This document shows, piece after piece, positions 13,313 through 26,388 of a stretch of 64,000 bases of DNA. This stretch comes from Octopus vulgaris (taxonomy: Eukaryota). Under the pieces are notes generated by a model. The model saw nothing but the letters and a program-made list of their open reading frames with translations. It was not told where the DNA came from and ran no database searches. Location: contig OX597817.1 in NCBI GenBank assembly GCA_951406725.2, positions 59,954,001 through 60,018,000 on the forward strand, in the 5' to 3' direction. The position numbers and the translations under genes were made by a program. Each line of letters starts with the position of its first letter. The first letter of the stretch is position 1.

Positions 13313-15364
13313 ATGAAGAATCCAAAAAAGGAACCATTGTAAGAAATTTCACATTGTGCCACGTATCTTCATCATCATTTAACATCCATTACCCTCAACA
13401 ATTCCATGCACTACTAACATTTGTAGAAATAGTCATGTCAGAAAGACCCAGCAACATTGAAACTAGCAGTAGAGAAAGAAAAAAAAAAGCACTAAATACT
13501 TACCGGTTGAGAATTATAACAATAATTTCATTAAAGATTTGAGCATCTATTCGTTTACTGTAATGAAAAAATAAAATTCAGTTGTTACACACACCAGGAG
13601 AAAATGATATTTGATTTAATTCTTGATTGCTTTTCTCCTATGTTTAAATAAAACATTCTGTGACCACCACATCAGTGACTGCCATAAACCTCACCATGTA
13701 AAAGAAGGGTGAGGCGGTGTCGATTGTTTCAATTCTAAAACAGTATTAAGTCTTTTAACCCTTTTAATATCAACCCACCCAAGACCAACTCTGGATTTGT
13801 AATACAAACTCTGTTTTAAAGTGATCGAAAAATTTTACACGAAAACTTCATAATTTAGGTTCATAAACTAGCTTGATAACAACAAAATTATTTTACAAAA
13901 TTCCTCATTATTTTCAAAATAAGTGAAAAAAGGGCAGTGCATACCAATAGAAATATGGTAACAGAAAGATTAAACTAGCCATATCTGGCCTCTCAGACCT
14001 ACTCCATAATATTCTAAAAATAATTCTGACATTGAAATCTTGTACACTTCAGATAAAGCATTTTCATTGAAACACAACTGTAAATACTGTGAAATTTTCA
14101 ATAGCAGATAGTTTTTTTTCAACATTTGAAGCAGCAATTGATTTGTTTTTGATCTGTATTTCTCAATTTGGCTTCAACTTGGAAGGATTTACAAAGCAGA
14201 GAAGAAAAAGAACAGTGACTTGTCTTTGGATGCAAATATTTCTAAATTCGTCTGACAAGGAAGAAAGTTTTGGGAGCAAAAGTGACGAAGTTCTTCAGGA
14301 TGCCATTCAAAATGTTACAGCGACATCGTCAAACAATACAACAGCAACACATATCATCCTTGATTGGACAGAAAATATGTAATTCTGAATCATTGGTATT
14401 TATACAAAACTTCAATTCTGCACATAGAAAATGAAGTTACAAACATTGTTGATACCTCCCCAGCCCCCACCTTCTTGAACGTGATTAATTCAAAACCATG
14501 TGAATAAATTAAGCATCACATTTGACAGAAGAATGTAAATGCTGAAGGGTTGAACCAAAGGAAATGTCAACTAAGAGACAAATATTAATACATGTTTACT
14601 CTCTGCAAATAGGTTCGTTTTCTAACCATTACAACTTTGCCATAAATATTAAGACTGTTTTGTCAGAGTTATGTTTACAAATTGGTTTCTTCCATCCTCA
14701 GGATTGAAATATTTCATAATTGCTCCTATGAAGTAATACAACAGCAATGTAGCAGAACTGTCATGAAACTGGTGACAAAAGAATTTATACTCAAAATCAC
14801 TGAGTGTCTTGCTTAAATAAGGATTCATAAACATGGATTCTGTGACTGTAAATAAATTATATACTAGTTCTATTTCCTACAAAATCTCATTAGCTAACCT
14901 CTAATTAGCAGTAACAAGGAGAAAGCTATTTCACCTGTGTTTAGTCCCGCTGCATGAAACCTTGGGCAAATGTCTTCTACTAAAGTTTCAGGTCAACCAA
15001 AATCTTGAGAATGGATTTAGCCAACGGAGACTGAAAGAAGCCCATTGTGTGTGTGTGTGTTTCCTTGCTTTGATACTGTGTCACTGTCATACAAGTGGTG
15101 GCTGTTTCCAGTCATCCAAGAGATGTCTGACCACAGGGGAACATTACCTTTCATGGAAACAGACGAAGGTTGGCAACAGAAAGGGCATCTGACTGTAGAG
15201 AAAATACAACAAATTCCATCTGACTCATTGCAAGCATGGAAAAAGTGAATGTGAAAATGATGATGCCTGACTGAAGTGAAAGACCAACTGGTGAGCCATG
15301 ACTAGCTAATCTGATACCAAATGCCATTTAACAATTCGATTTCAATTCAAATACAAAAACTTAC

Positions 15365-15430
15365 CTCAATGACTGTCCCAAACTTCAAGACAACTTCTTT
15401 TGTGGACTTTCAATAAACTTTAATTCATGT
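15365..15430 (-). other. Probable 5' UTR exon of the zinc-finger gene
   Basis: Strong acceptor ttttttcttgtttttttcag and donor GAG|gtaagt. Contains a TGA in frame with the downstream exon and a minimal uORF ATG-AAT-TAA. Confidence 0.65.
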
Positions 15431-16670
15431 CTGAAAAAAACAAGAAAAAAAGCCAAAATCATTTCCCAATTAATACACAGAATTGTTTTAATGTCTGCTT
15501 TTTCCACAGGTGAATTAGACAAGATCTACTGAAGCAGTCTGTTCACAGCCAGATATGCACATCCTATCACCGAACCTTACTCGTTTCAAAAGTTACTTGT
15601 TTTCCTCGTCATTCAAACAACTGTTGAAAGGCTGGGCATGCTTTACAGTAGATATAAACAAGGGCACTACCTATATAGTAACATCAGTTTCCTATGCAGC
15701 ACAAATGCACTCACACACACAACAGGCTTCCATAGTTTCCATTTACCAATTTCATTCACAAGGTAATAATGATCAGTCAAAAGCAAGAACAAACTTAAAA
15801 CCATATGGTTTCTTAAATGAACCTTACACCTACATCTACAAAACAGTCTTGTGTTGTATGATGGTGTTTAGGAGGGATCTGCAAACCAGAAAGGGTTTCA
15901 AGAGGAAAAGGATTGGGGAAAACATTTACTGTAAAGCGATAGTGAGATAATGGTAAGAAAGTTTAAAGGATCTAATCTTCCAATTCAGTGTCTGAATTAT
16001 TTTCAATATAGGGGCAGGCATGACTATGGTTCAGAAACTCACCCTGCAACCAAACAGTTCAATCCCATGGCACAGCACCTTCAGTAAGTTTCTTCTACAA
16101 TAGCCCCATACTGCTACATGAATTCACACACACACACACACTTCCTACTGCCTGACATCCAGTGTTGGTTTCTGTATGTCCTCAGCAACTTAGCAGTTTG
16201 ACAAAAGAGAATGGTGGAATAAGTACTAGATGTAAAAATAAGTACGGGGGTTCATTTGTTCAATTAAACCATTCAAGGTGGTGTCCCAGCGTAGTAGCAG
16301 CTCAATGACCAAACCAAATTTTCCAAGAAGAGAACCAAGGAACTTCTATGAATTGACAAACATCATAGTGTGATTATAATTTTATATTTACAGTGATGAA
16401 CAAAGTATGTATGATATACCTGTACAAAGCAGGTTTATGCTTGCAGGAATAAACTGTTTGTAAAAGGGTCAATCATTGCCAGAATTTCAGGGACCCATTA
16501 AATGATGTCCCCACCAGTACCAAATAAAATATTTGGTAAAGTTTTAAACAAACTTTAAAAAATGTGTCACAGATAATGACTAGAACACTGAGTGGCTGGG
16601 AAGATTTAATACAGCAGGAATTACACAAGAAAATTAGGCTTGAATCTAAGTTGCATCTAACTGGCTTCCT

Positions 16671-16899
16671 TTAACCTTTTAGTATTTAAACCGGCCATAT
16701 CCGGCCCAAATATTTAACCTGTTCTGTATTCAAACTGGCCAGATCTGGCTTTACACACTTATCCTACAATGTCATTCTAAGAATAAGCAACTACATCCTC
16801 AAAATTTTAATGCTATGATGTCTTTGCATGATTGATTCAAAACAATGTGAATAAATAAGCATTACATTTGACAAAATAATCTGAATGCTAAACGATTAA
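16671..16899. mobile_element. TTAA-flanked MITE, family B
   Basis: ttaaccttttagtatttaaaccggcc...ctgaatgctaaacgattaa. Related copies at about 53611-53836, 38686-39265 (interrupted), 9550-9637, and 13972-14060 + 14480-14552. Confidence 0.65.
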
Positions 16900-17791
16900 A
16901 CAGAATACCAGATCCAATGACATATAAGATGCATTTTCTCAAGTCTCAATAAAGTACCCAGGGGTTTTACATATGAAGCTGGACTTGTTTTAAATGCACC
17001 AAAGAGTTTTCTTGCTGAATGTGCACCGTTGAAAGAGAAGTGCATCAAACGTGCTTATGCACCTTTCATGACATCGAACATGGTACATAAAGAACACATA
17101 GTATAGTGGATCTTAGAGTGCTTGTGACTAATGATTAAAAGAGTATTTCACTACAAAACCCATTCTACAAGCCAACAAGATGGTGGCCTGAACAGCTGGA
17201 AGTAACAACCAGATTTCACAATACCAATCTTTGAAAAAGACACATTAACTATCATTGTGTTTGGAAAAGAAAAAAGAAAATTCTGCATGTAAAAGATGGA
17301 AATTATTAAAATACTTTTGAACAGACATCATCATCATCATCACCACCAATCCTCTTCTATTTAACATTTTCCGCACGGCCAGACATCTTTATTTACAGTA
17401 TATTGGAGATGAGTGACACTAGTTTACAATGTCAAGACAAGACCACACGATAGGTTTCTTTCAGTTTCCATCTATGAAATCCACTCACATGGTTTTGGTT
17501 GGCCTGGGGTTACAATAGAAGACACTTGTCCAAGGTGCCATGCAGGGGGACTGAACCCATAACCATGTGGTTGGGAAGCAAACCTCTCAACCACACAGCC
17601 ATACCCACAACATTTGTAGCAGTAAGTGATAAACCAATTGTATTCCACCTGATATCACTTACAATGGATATCAAGTAATTAAGAACAAAATATATATATG
17701 TAAATTCCACTAACTGACTAACTAGATGAGCAAAAGGTCAACAAAGATCCAGATCAAAGAGGCAGAGCTGATTTCACATGGTTTCCATTAA

Positions 17792-17984
17792 CCCTTTCAA
17801 TAACCACCCGGCTGAAACCGTCTCTGGTTCTGTAGTACAAATGTCTTGTTTTCAAAAGTACTGAATTAAAATCTCCCACAAAACTCAAGTTAGAATTTAC
17901 ATTCCCTCACACTAGCTGAATGATAACTAAATTATTTTACTAAATTCTGTTGAGCATCTCAACAGAAATACGGTAACGAAAGGG
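17792..17984. mobile_element. piggyBac-type MITE family A, opposite orientation
   Basis: TTAA-CCCTTTC...GTAACGAAAGGG-TTAA, reverse complement of 11026-11246. Further copies at about 13759-13970, 18685-18885, 50935-51143 and a fragment at 25080-25190. Confidence 0.8.
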
Positions 17985-18339
17985 TTAAGCAGAGGGAAAA
18001 AAAAATTCAACAATAAGTAGAAGACATGCAATCCAAATATTTTTGGAAAAACCATGTATTACACAAGACAAGTGAGAGATGAATGAAAGCCAACATATTG
18101 AAGCTTGCAGCTTGAATTAAATTTATCAAATTGGAAGAGTTCCAATTCTTCCATTGTCTTTTCCAAGAATTTTAGGAGGTTGTTTACATCAACAAATTCA
18201 ACAAGTAATTTGGCATATGGAGTCCTTTGATTCTGCCACCAATTGGTGACCTTTTTTTTAAAAATATATTTTAGTAATTAATAACCATGTTATTGAGGAA
18301 GGAAAATTAGAAGAGAATAATACAAACTCTTTCTTTGTC

Positions 18340-18590
18340 AGCAACAGAGGTTAGAAGAAGCAGAGGCCAGCACCAAGTGTCGACTTAATGGGGACATGCC
18401 ATAAGACTAAGTCCTAAAGTGGAACCCTCAGAAACAACAGCATAGTGGACATCCCAAGATGAACTGGTACCAGACAATCAACAGGAACCGACAACAGGAT
18501 TTGCACTGCAAGTTGTTGCTAACCGATCCTACCGGACTACTTTGACTGCCTCATGAGTCACATGACATGGGCAAGTCTTGGAGTAAATAA
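18340..18590 (+). mobile_element. Old RTE-like LINE 3' relic
   Basis: VLKWNPQKQQHSGHPKMNWYQTI resembles the RTE C-terminal WNPQGKRKRGRPKxTW. Confidence 0.4.
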
Positions 18591-21500
18591 GTTCTTGCTG
18601 AGAAAAGCCCATAAAACTACTTCCACTTTTGGATCACACATGGTCTGAAGGTTTTTTTTTTTACTTAAAAACAAGTTACTTTATCCCTTTTGATGGCAAC
18701 CTGCCTGAGACAACCCTAATTCTAAAATACAAATTGTGTTTCAAAGTGATCTCAATTAAAAACTTTCGTCAAAATTTCAAGTTAATTTACATTGCAGACA
18801 CCAGCTTAATCAGTTATTTTACTAAATTCTTCATTACTTACAAAATAAATAGCAAGTCAGTGGGTTTCACCAGAAATATGGTAAAAAACAAAAATACATG
18901 AATTGGTGTTCACAAGAACTGATAGGGTATAAATCTCAATCTATTTGATTGAAAAGGATGGGCAACCTATTCAAATGAAACAGTCAATATAGGGCTTATC
19001 TACCATCTTTGTACATATTTCCTTGAATCACTAAAAGATCAAGAGTGATACTAATACAAGCAACCAAATTAAGGGATATTATGTATTTGAGCCTTTTGTT
19101 GGCATAATTCTATTGAAATGTACTGCCTTTGTTTCAGTTTTGAAAATAATGAAGAATGTAGTTGAAATAACTCAATAAGATGGTGTTTTGGAACTTTAAC
19201 ATAAAATTTTGATTAAATTTACATCACTCTCAAATAGGAAATTCATATTACAGAACATTCTGTAAAGTGGTTGGCATTAGGAAGGGCATCCAACAGTAAA
19301 AACCATGCCAAAACAGACAGTGAAGCACGACAGGATTCCTCTGGCTTGCCAAGTCATCCAAACAATGCCAGCATGGGAGACAGGTGCTAAATGATGACAA
19401 GACAAACCAGCAGTGGTCCAAGAATAAATTGGAATAAAAATAAAATCTGAAAAAGATCACTGCTTCATTAAACAGCTGTGTGTTTTGCATACTGTGCTAT
19501 GTGGTCAAGAAGTTTGCTTCCCAACCACATGGTTTTGGGTTCAGTCCCACTGCATGGCACCTTGGGCAAACGCCTTCTATTATAGCCCCAGGCTGATCAA
19601 AGCCTTGTGGTAGATGGAAATTGAAAGAAGTCCATTGTGTATGTGCAGGTGAGTTTGTTGGTGTCTCTGTCTTCATACAATTGCTGTTGTAAATGATTGC
19701 CACTGTCATTCATTTCCAAAATAGAGTGAAAACTTGTCTGGCCATGGGGAAATATTACCTTGCTTGGAAACAGGTGAGGGTTGGCAATAGGAAGGGCATC
19801 CAGCCATAATAAACCCTCTCCAGTCCACGCGAGCAGGGGACAGTGGAGGTTCAAAGAATAGACAGACATAGATATAGATACATGACATGCATCAGTAAAG
19901 TTTCTTCTACCTAAACCATTACAATGGATCTGAGTACCGAGAACACAAGCAGAAGATGCTTCTCCATCACAAACTGAAAACATTGATAATACACATTTCA
20001 GAGAAAAATACTGGACGGAAATTGAAATGAAAGTCTTGATTGTATCAAAGGGATTAACTCCAACAAACTCAAATTTCACAAGGGAACTCCTTTAAGCTCT
20101 TCTCAAATTGTCTCAAAAACATTTCTTGGGTACTTATAGCTAGTCAATATATTACAAATACTTTTTGTTTTCTTCCTCTCTGCTCAAATAGTGCTGGCCA
20201 AGCTTCAAATTTTAAACTCTTCATCCAAGTCTCTTTTAAATGGTAGAATACTGATAATTTCCAATTAATAAAAATTGGAAACTATTTCAAATTAATTAGA
20301 TATTCCAACAGTTACCAGATTGTTTCAGTCTTCTAATTTAAAATGCTCAGTCTTAGATACATTGTAATGGTATACATAAAGCACACAATAGAAAATGACA
20401 CAAGTGATCATGGAAACATTTTTTACAAAGGAAAATATTACATAACTAAATGAAATATTATAGAACAGAAAATTTTAAATATTATCTTTATCATGATAGC
20501 TGCTTATTAATTAGTTTGGAGTATGTAACTTTTACTAAAAGAAAGGAAGTATTAAAGTCTACACTGTCAATAAAATCCTTAAAAATTTTAATTTTAATGT
20601 TTTCATCAAAATGTGGTTTACAAGATTCTTTTATTATTGAAGAGTTCGACTACACAATACAATCAGAAAACTAATTTTCATTCATTGTGATCGTATTTTT
20701 CTTTCTAATGTTTCACAACCTTCCCTCTTTGTCTTTTTTCTCTCTGTCATTGACAATGACACAATTTATAAATATTTATATTGTTTATACTTTTAGAAAT
20801 ATAAAAGTTCCCCAAATATTTCCACTGCTACTTCCTACAGACCTATCACTTTCATGATGTTCAGAAATTGTATACAATAAACAAAGGAAAGTATGCACAT
20901 CTTAATCATATTATCACCACCTGCAGGCATGGCTGTGGGGTAAGAAGCTGGCTTCCCAACCACATGGTTCTGGGTTCAGTCCCACTGCATGGCACCTTGG
21001 ACAAGTGTCTTCTACTATAAGCCTTGGGGCAACCAAAGCCTTGTGAGTGAATTCCGTAGACAAAAACTGGAAGAAGCCTGTCGTGTATGTATGTATATAT
21101 ATATATATTTCCATGCTGGTTGGATAGTTTGACAGGATCTGGTGAATTGGAGACTTGCATCAACCTCCAATATCAGCTTTAGCATGGTTTTTCCAGTTGG
21201 CTGCCTTTCCCAACACTAATCTCTTTGCATTGTAACCGGTGCTTTTCCCATGCCATTTTAACCATTATATATATATTATCAAACACAACACGGATGCAAT
21301 AACTCACAAAGAGATACAAAGAATTAAATTTGGTTATCTTGGCTAACAAATCAGTCATCAATTCCAGTGGTACTTATTGATCACATTTAGCTTCAAACCA
21401 ATCTTGGTCAAAGAGATTTCAGCTAGGACCATCTCATTTTTCATTCGTTGTATACCTAATGTTTTGGTTTTTTTTTTTTAAGTGATAAGGTGTAATTTGA

Positions 21501-22264
21501 GAGGTTTGGATATTTTTGGTGGGTTGAGTGACCACAGACAGGCTCCAAAATACTTGGTGAGATTTAGTTACAGCGCTTTAAGGTTCAAATTTTACTGAGA
21601 TCAACTCTCGGACTTCTGGAATTGATTTAATCAACTAACTCCTCATCCAAAATAAGGCCTTGTACCAGCACTTCATTCCAAGGGTCCAACGAATGCAAAA
21701 GAATTTACCATGTCAGAAAATATTTTCCAGTTGAACAAGTCGAAATGTTTTTCTTTGAAAAGAAAAAAAATTGAGGGCAAAAAGGCAAATCTGATGAAAG
21801 CTATAATTTTGCAGTTAAGTAACTTAATCTCCTGCATTTGCTGTTAATCACTTTCTATTCTAGTAACATTCAATACACTTGTTAATTAACAGGAATGCTT
21901 TGTTGACATTAATTAAGAATATGTGATAAAATACTAGGTGGATCCAACTAAAATAAGGAAAACACCTAACAGATACTACTGTCTGTCGATAGGTTTAATT
22001 TCATTTAATAGCTTCATTTTGTAAGAAAACAAAAATCATTTTGTGGCCTGACAAAAAAAAAAAAGGAAACAAAATCACTTGATTTACGGTGCCATGGAAA
22101 CGGAAAGGAGCTTTTGTGTTTACATATTTCAGCTGATAAATGGTGGAAAGATTTTATGCATGAAAACTTAAAGGGTTAACCTAATCAATTGCCACAGGAA
22201 TTTTGAGTTTATGTGTGGGAAGATTCTGCATTTGAACTCATGCATTATTCGATTCTACCGATAA

Positions 22265-22600
22265 GTCTATCGTTGACATGATGTTCACATGGACCAATGA
22301 ACAAGCACCTGACCATGCATGCAATGGCGTAAGAGAAGGACACGAGTTCAGATTGGTGCTGAGGCAAATGTTTGCTACAACTAACATTTTAAATGTGGTG
22401 ACGATTATTTTGGCGCCGGATAAAAGGTGCATCTCCGAGACCAGCATGGGACACATTCATAATACAAAAAGTGGAAAGATGTATAACAATATAGTTCTTT
22501 CGTAAACGAAACCAAGACAAAAATAATAATGCTATTTTCGCAGTGATCTCGTTTACATTTAGCACAGCACACCAAACTGTAAACAAAATTGTTTATCTCG
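22265..22600. promoter_or_regulatory. Copy 1 of a duplicated non-coding module (copy 2 at 28095-28420)
   Basis: Collinear blocks atcgttgacatg / tttgcYRcaactaaca / gtgacRattattttggcgccgg..aaa...gcatStccgag / tgtaaacaaa / ttatctc. Confidence 0.6.
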
Positions 22601-22661
22601 ATACCTTTTTCATGGGGAACAGTGAACGGTACCGGTTCCTAAAAGCGAAGTTGCTATTATA

Positions 22662-22663
<2 letters not shown>

Positions 22664-22714
<51 letters not shown>
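22664..22714. repeat. (AG)n microsatellite
   Basis: About 25 perfect units; another (GA)n at 54443-54507. Confidence 0.95.
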
Positions 22715-22718
<4 letters not shown>

Positions 22719-25700
22719 AAATGGGAATGGAATATCGAAGATACAAATCACAGGAATAAAATAAATCTAGTGATAAAAATTGAAGAGAGAAAGTTCTTGA
22801 TTCATTTTTGAAGAAATACCGATTAATAAAAAAAAAAATGGCAACATGCCAACATACTAAATCAAATGTTAATTGCTTTTTAAAAACCTGAAAAACTCAA
22901 TGTATCTATATCCTTGAAAAAAATCTAATACTTTACGAAGAATTATTATATAAGAATCGAAATTGCAGATTTAACACAGTTCCAGTATTATAGACAGACA
23001 CACGTAACATGAGGTAAAAATTAAGTCATCAACCAAGAATCAAAACAAACATCAATAAAAATGATGAGATTAAATTGAATCGTCAATGGAATTTACCGAT
23101 TGCCATTCTATCGACCCAGGTATGAACTTCGAGGTATGAACTACGTCGTTTGCACAAAATTCCAGTAACACTAATTAAAATAAATAATTACACTTAGAGA
23201 GTCCAGTGTTTTCCAAGACAACATCACATACTTTAAAAGAATAAAATGACGCTGTAAAAAAAACACTTGCCTAAAACAATATCAAACTTCAATATTTCTT
23301 TTAGGCAGCAGTATTCCTTAAACAAATATTATATAAAAGAGATAAAATGGTAAGGAAGCGGCCGCGTAATAAGAATGGGAAAAAAAAAAAAAATAGCATA
23401 AGGGAATGTAAAAAATCTGAATCGTCTTTTCCGAATTACAGAAACGAAGGGAATCCTTTCAAAATGAATTAATCGTGCGCTCCGCTTCCTTGCATTGAGC
23501 TTTGCTCTTCTTTTCAAAACGTTGAGCAAACCTAATTGCTTTATAAAATTACACAAACTGTTGGATTTCATAGGTAAGCATGTAACTTAATAAGACTGCG
23601 TCATACATACAACAACATCTGTGAACCATATTTCGATTATTCCAGCCCGAACAATTTATATAGTAAATAACATTAGGTATAGAGACAAAAGAGGCAAGAC
23701 CAAGCCAAATTCTTTCATAAAATAACAATATCAAAAGACAAATACAATCGCATTTCTAATGACGTAAGCAGAAGCAATTTCCCGGCTGGCTTCAATTTCC
23801 CCACGCCACAAAAAATCCGAAAAACCAAAACAAAATTCGAAGATGTACCCCACCATCACCACAACGTACCAAATATGCTGTCAAAACAACGATTCGACTA
23901 TTGACTGGACTTTTTTAAAACCCCGAGAATTTTTTCACAACGAAGCATTACATATGTGTGTGTTTGGGGAGGGGGTCATTAAAGAACAGGCGGATTCGGG
24001 TGCACAAACTAGAAATTCGAAGAATATTTATGAGAGAGAGAGAGCATTGTTTATCTGCTTTGAAGTATAGATTCATTTCGGCAAATCAAGTAAACCTAGT
24101 TAGAATTCTTATAATCTCCAACTATTGCGCTTATTTTATTTTTATTAAACTGCTTTCTCTTCTACTTCACCATTAAATGTTAAAAAACAAAGAAAGCAGC
24201 AAGCGTCAAAGTAAAGTGAAACCAACAATAATGAAGAATGTATAAAAATAACTTGGCTCTCCTGAATCACTGAAACGAATACGTAAATACTTCAAAATAG
24301 TTATGTGTTTGTGTGTCTGTCAGCCCGTATCCCTCTTAAAGAAGTCCTACAATGGTTACAAAAATAGGAAATCCATAAGATCGGATTCGTTCTTCGAAAA
24401 ATCTCAAATAGGTCTGTTGCAATTATTTTCATTTAATTCTGTCAAAAAGATATGTTTGTTACTGAATGACGCCGATGTTGGAACTGGTCTTACTTTCCGG
24501 GAGAACTGGTGGTGATGGAACCAAGTCCGGCAGAAAAACAGGTGCATTCAAAACAAATTGGTTGAATAAGCCTGCAGAATGTTGGTTAGAAGAAAGAAAT
24601 CCGTTTTTGTTCCCCACACCCCTCAAAGAATTAATACAATATCGAGTTAAACAACGGATACTGGCTTAACCGGTGTTTTTTAAGCTAAAAAAAATGGTAA
24701 CGCCAAATCTCCTGGCTTTCATTCAATAATGGATTCTGCTTGGAACACACTGTACCCGATGGGTGGTGGTTATGGCGATATCGTTAAATACAAAACGCAA
24801 TTTATCAATATTCCGTAATAATAAATACCCAACATTTTATCGATATATCGCCTGATAACGGGATCCATACCTAAAATTGTCGGATGCATGTAGTGAAGAA
24901 GAAACGCGTAAGAATTTACATTTTCGAGTTTCGGTTGGCACGATGAAATAAAATCATTTTGATTGCTATGCCACCTTGTTGTATACTTAAACTCTAGTCC
25001 GAACAGACATCTCCGGTCACAGATTTCTCTTCGAAAGTCTTTCAAATTGATGCTTATGTCAACTTTTCAAACAACGTTAAATTGTTTCAAATGTCAGGTA
25101 ATTAACAATGCATCTTATTAAATTCTTCATTATTTTCAAATTCAAATTGAATAAAGGCATTGTCTTTCAACCGAAATATGGTAAGCGAAGATAGTATTCT
25201 CAGAAATGAAAGTAGAAATCTCTAAACAACTTTTAGGGGCACGCGTGTCTGTGGAGTGCTCAGCCGCTTGCAACAGAATTTCACGAGAAGGCTGTAACCG
25301 TTGATCGGATCAACTGGAACCCTCGTCGTCGTAACCAGTGGACGCCACTTTCATATATTTTACATATATAGTGTGTGTCTACTATACACCCCGATGTGAA
25401 TGATCTGTCCCGTACGCTTGGCAAATTTGTCCTGGTTATGGACCAAGTAAAAAAAGAAGAAAAAGCTTAAGATATTGAAATCAGCAAGGAGCACAACTCA
25501 CAAACAAACAACTAATGCTTATCCCCCAGATTCCAGGATTAAAAATGACTTCTCGAGATACAGATTACGATTTAGAATTTACGAAAGTTTATTTTTTTTA
25601 TCAAACTCTAAAGTTCGGAATCAAATAGGAGAGAAGAGGATGCGGCAAGACTTCCTCTCGCCCCCCATTAGGGTTTTAGGGTTAGTGTTGGGGAAAAAAG

Positions 25701-25956
25701 TCAAAATTGAAGTTGGTGGGAAAGGGAGAAAAAAATTTCACAATGCCGATTTTTGGCAAAAAAAAAAAATTACAAAAATAAATAAATTAGGGATAAAATG
25801 GGGGGAGGGGTCGGAAGTCTTCCCAAGGATGCACGTTGTGGATAGAGAAAATTAAGTTATAAACCTATACAGATACAGTAGAATCTCGATTTTCGACCAA
25901 TTCTGATCACGAATATATCGTACTGTATCTCCTGTCTTTCTCATATTCATTTAATA

Positions 25957-26388
25957 CAGTAGTACCTCGGTTTACGAACGCCTCTGATCACGATTAAATC
26001 GTGCTTTATATATATATATATATATATACATTCGAGCGAGGTCGTTGCCAATGCTGCTGGACTGACTCTTGTGCAGGTGGCACATAAAAAACACCATTTC
26101 GAGCGTGGCCGTTGCCAGTACCGGCAGACTGGCCCTCGTGCCGGTGACACGTAAAAGCACCCACTACACTCTCGGAGTGGTTTGCGTTAGGAAGGGCATC
26201 CAGCTGTAGAAACTCTGCCAGATCAGATTGGAGACTGGTGCAGCCATCTGGTTCGCCAGACCTCAGTCAAATCGCCCAACCCATGCTAGCATGGAAAGCG
26301 GACGTTAAATGATGATGACGATTTTATATATATATATAAAGCACGATTTATTCGCGATCAGAGTTGTTCGAAAACCGAGGTACTACTG
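25957..26388. mobile_element. Tigger/pogo-type palindromic MITE with nested retroposon
   Basis: TA|CAGTAGTACCTCGGTTT...AAACCGAGGTACTACTG|TA, with about 60-bp inverted arms and central (TA)n interrupted by 26030-26322. Confidence 0.85.
26030..26322 (+). mobile_element. RTE-type non-autonomous retroposon (SINE-like) with (GAT)n tail
   Basis: gttaggaagggcatccagctgtagaaac core, ending catgctagcatggaaagcggacgttaaatgatgatg. Recurs many times in the window. Confidence 0.85.

Noticed and set aside
19930-20290. Possible coding or transposase remnant within ORF 19597-20079
   Set aside because: No motif I can identify, and the ORF runs into SINE sequence.
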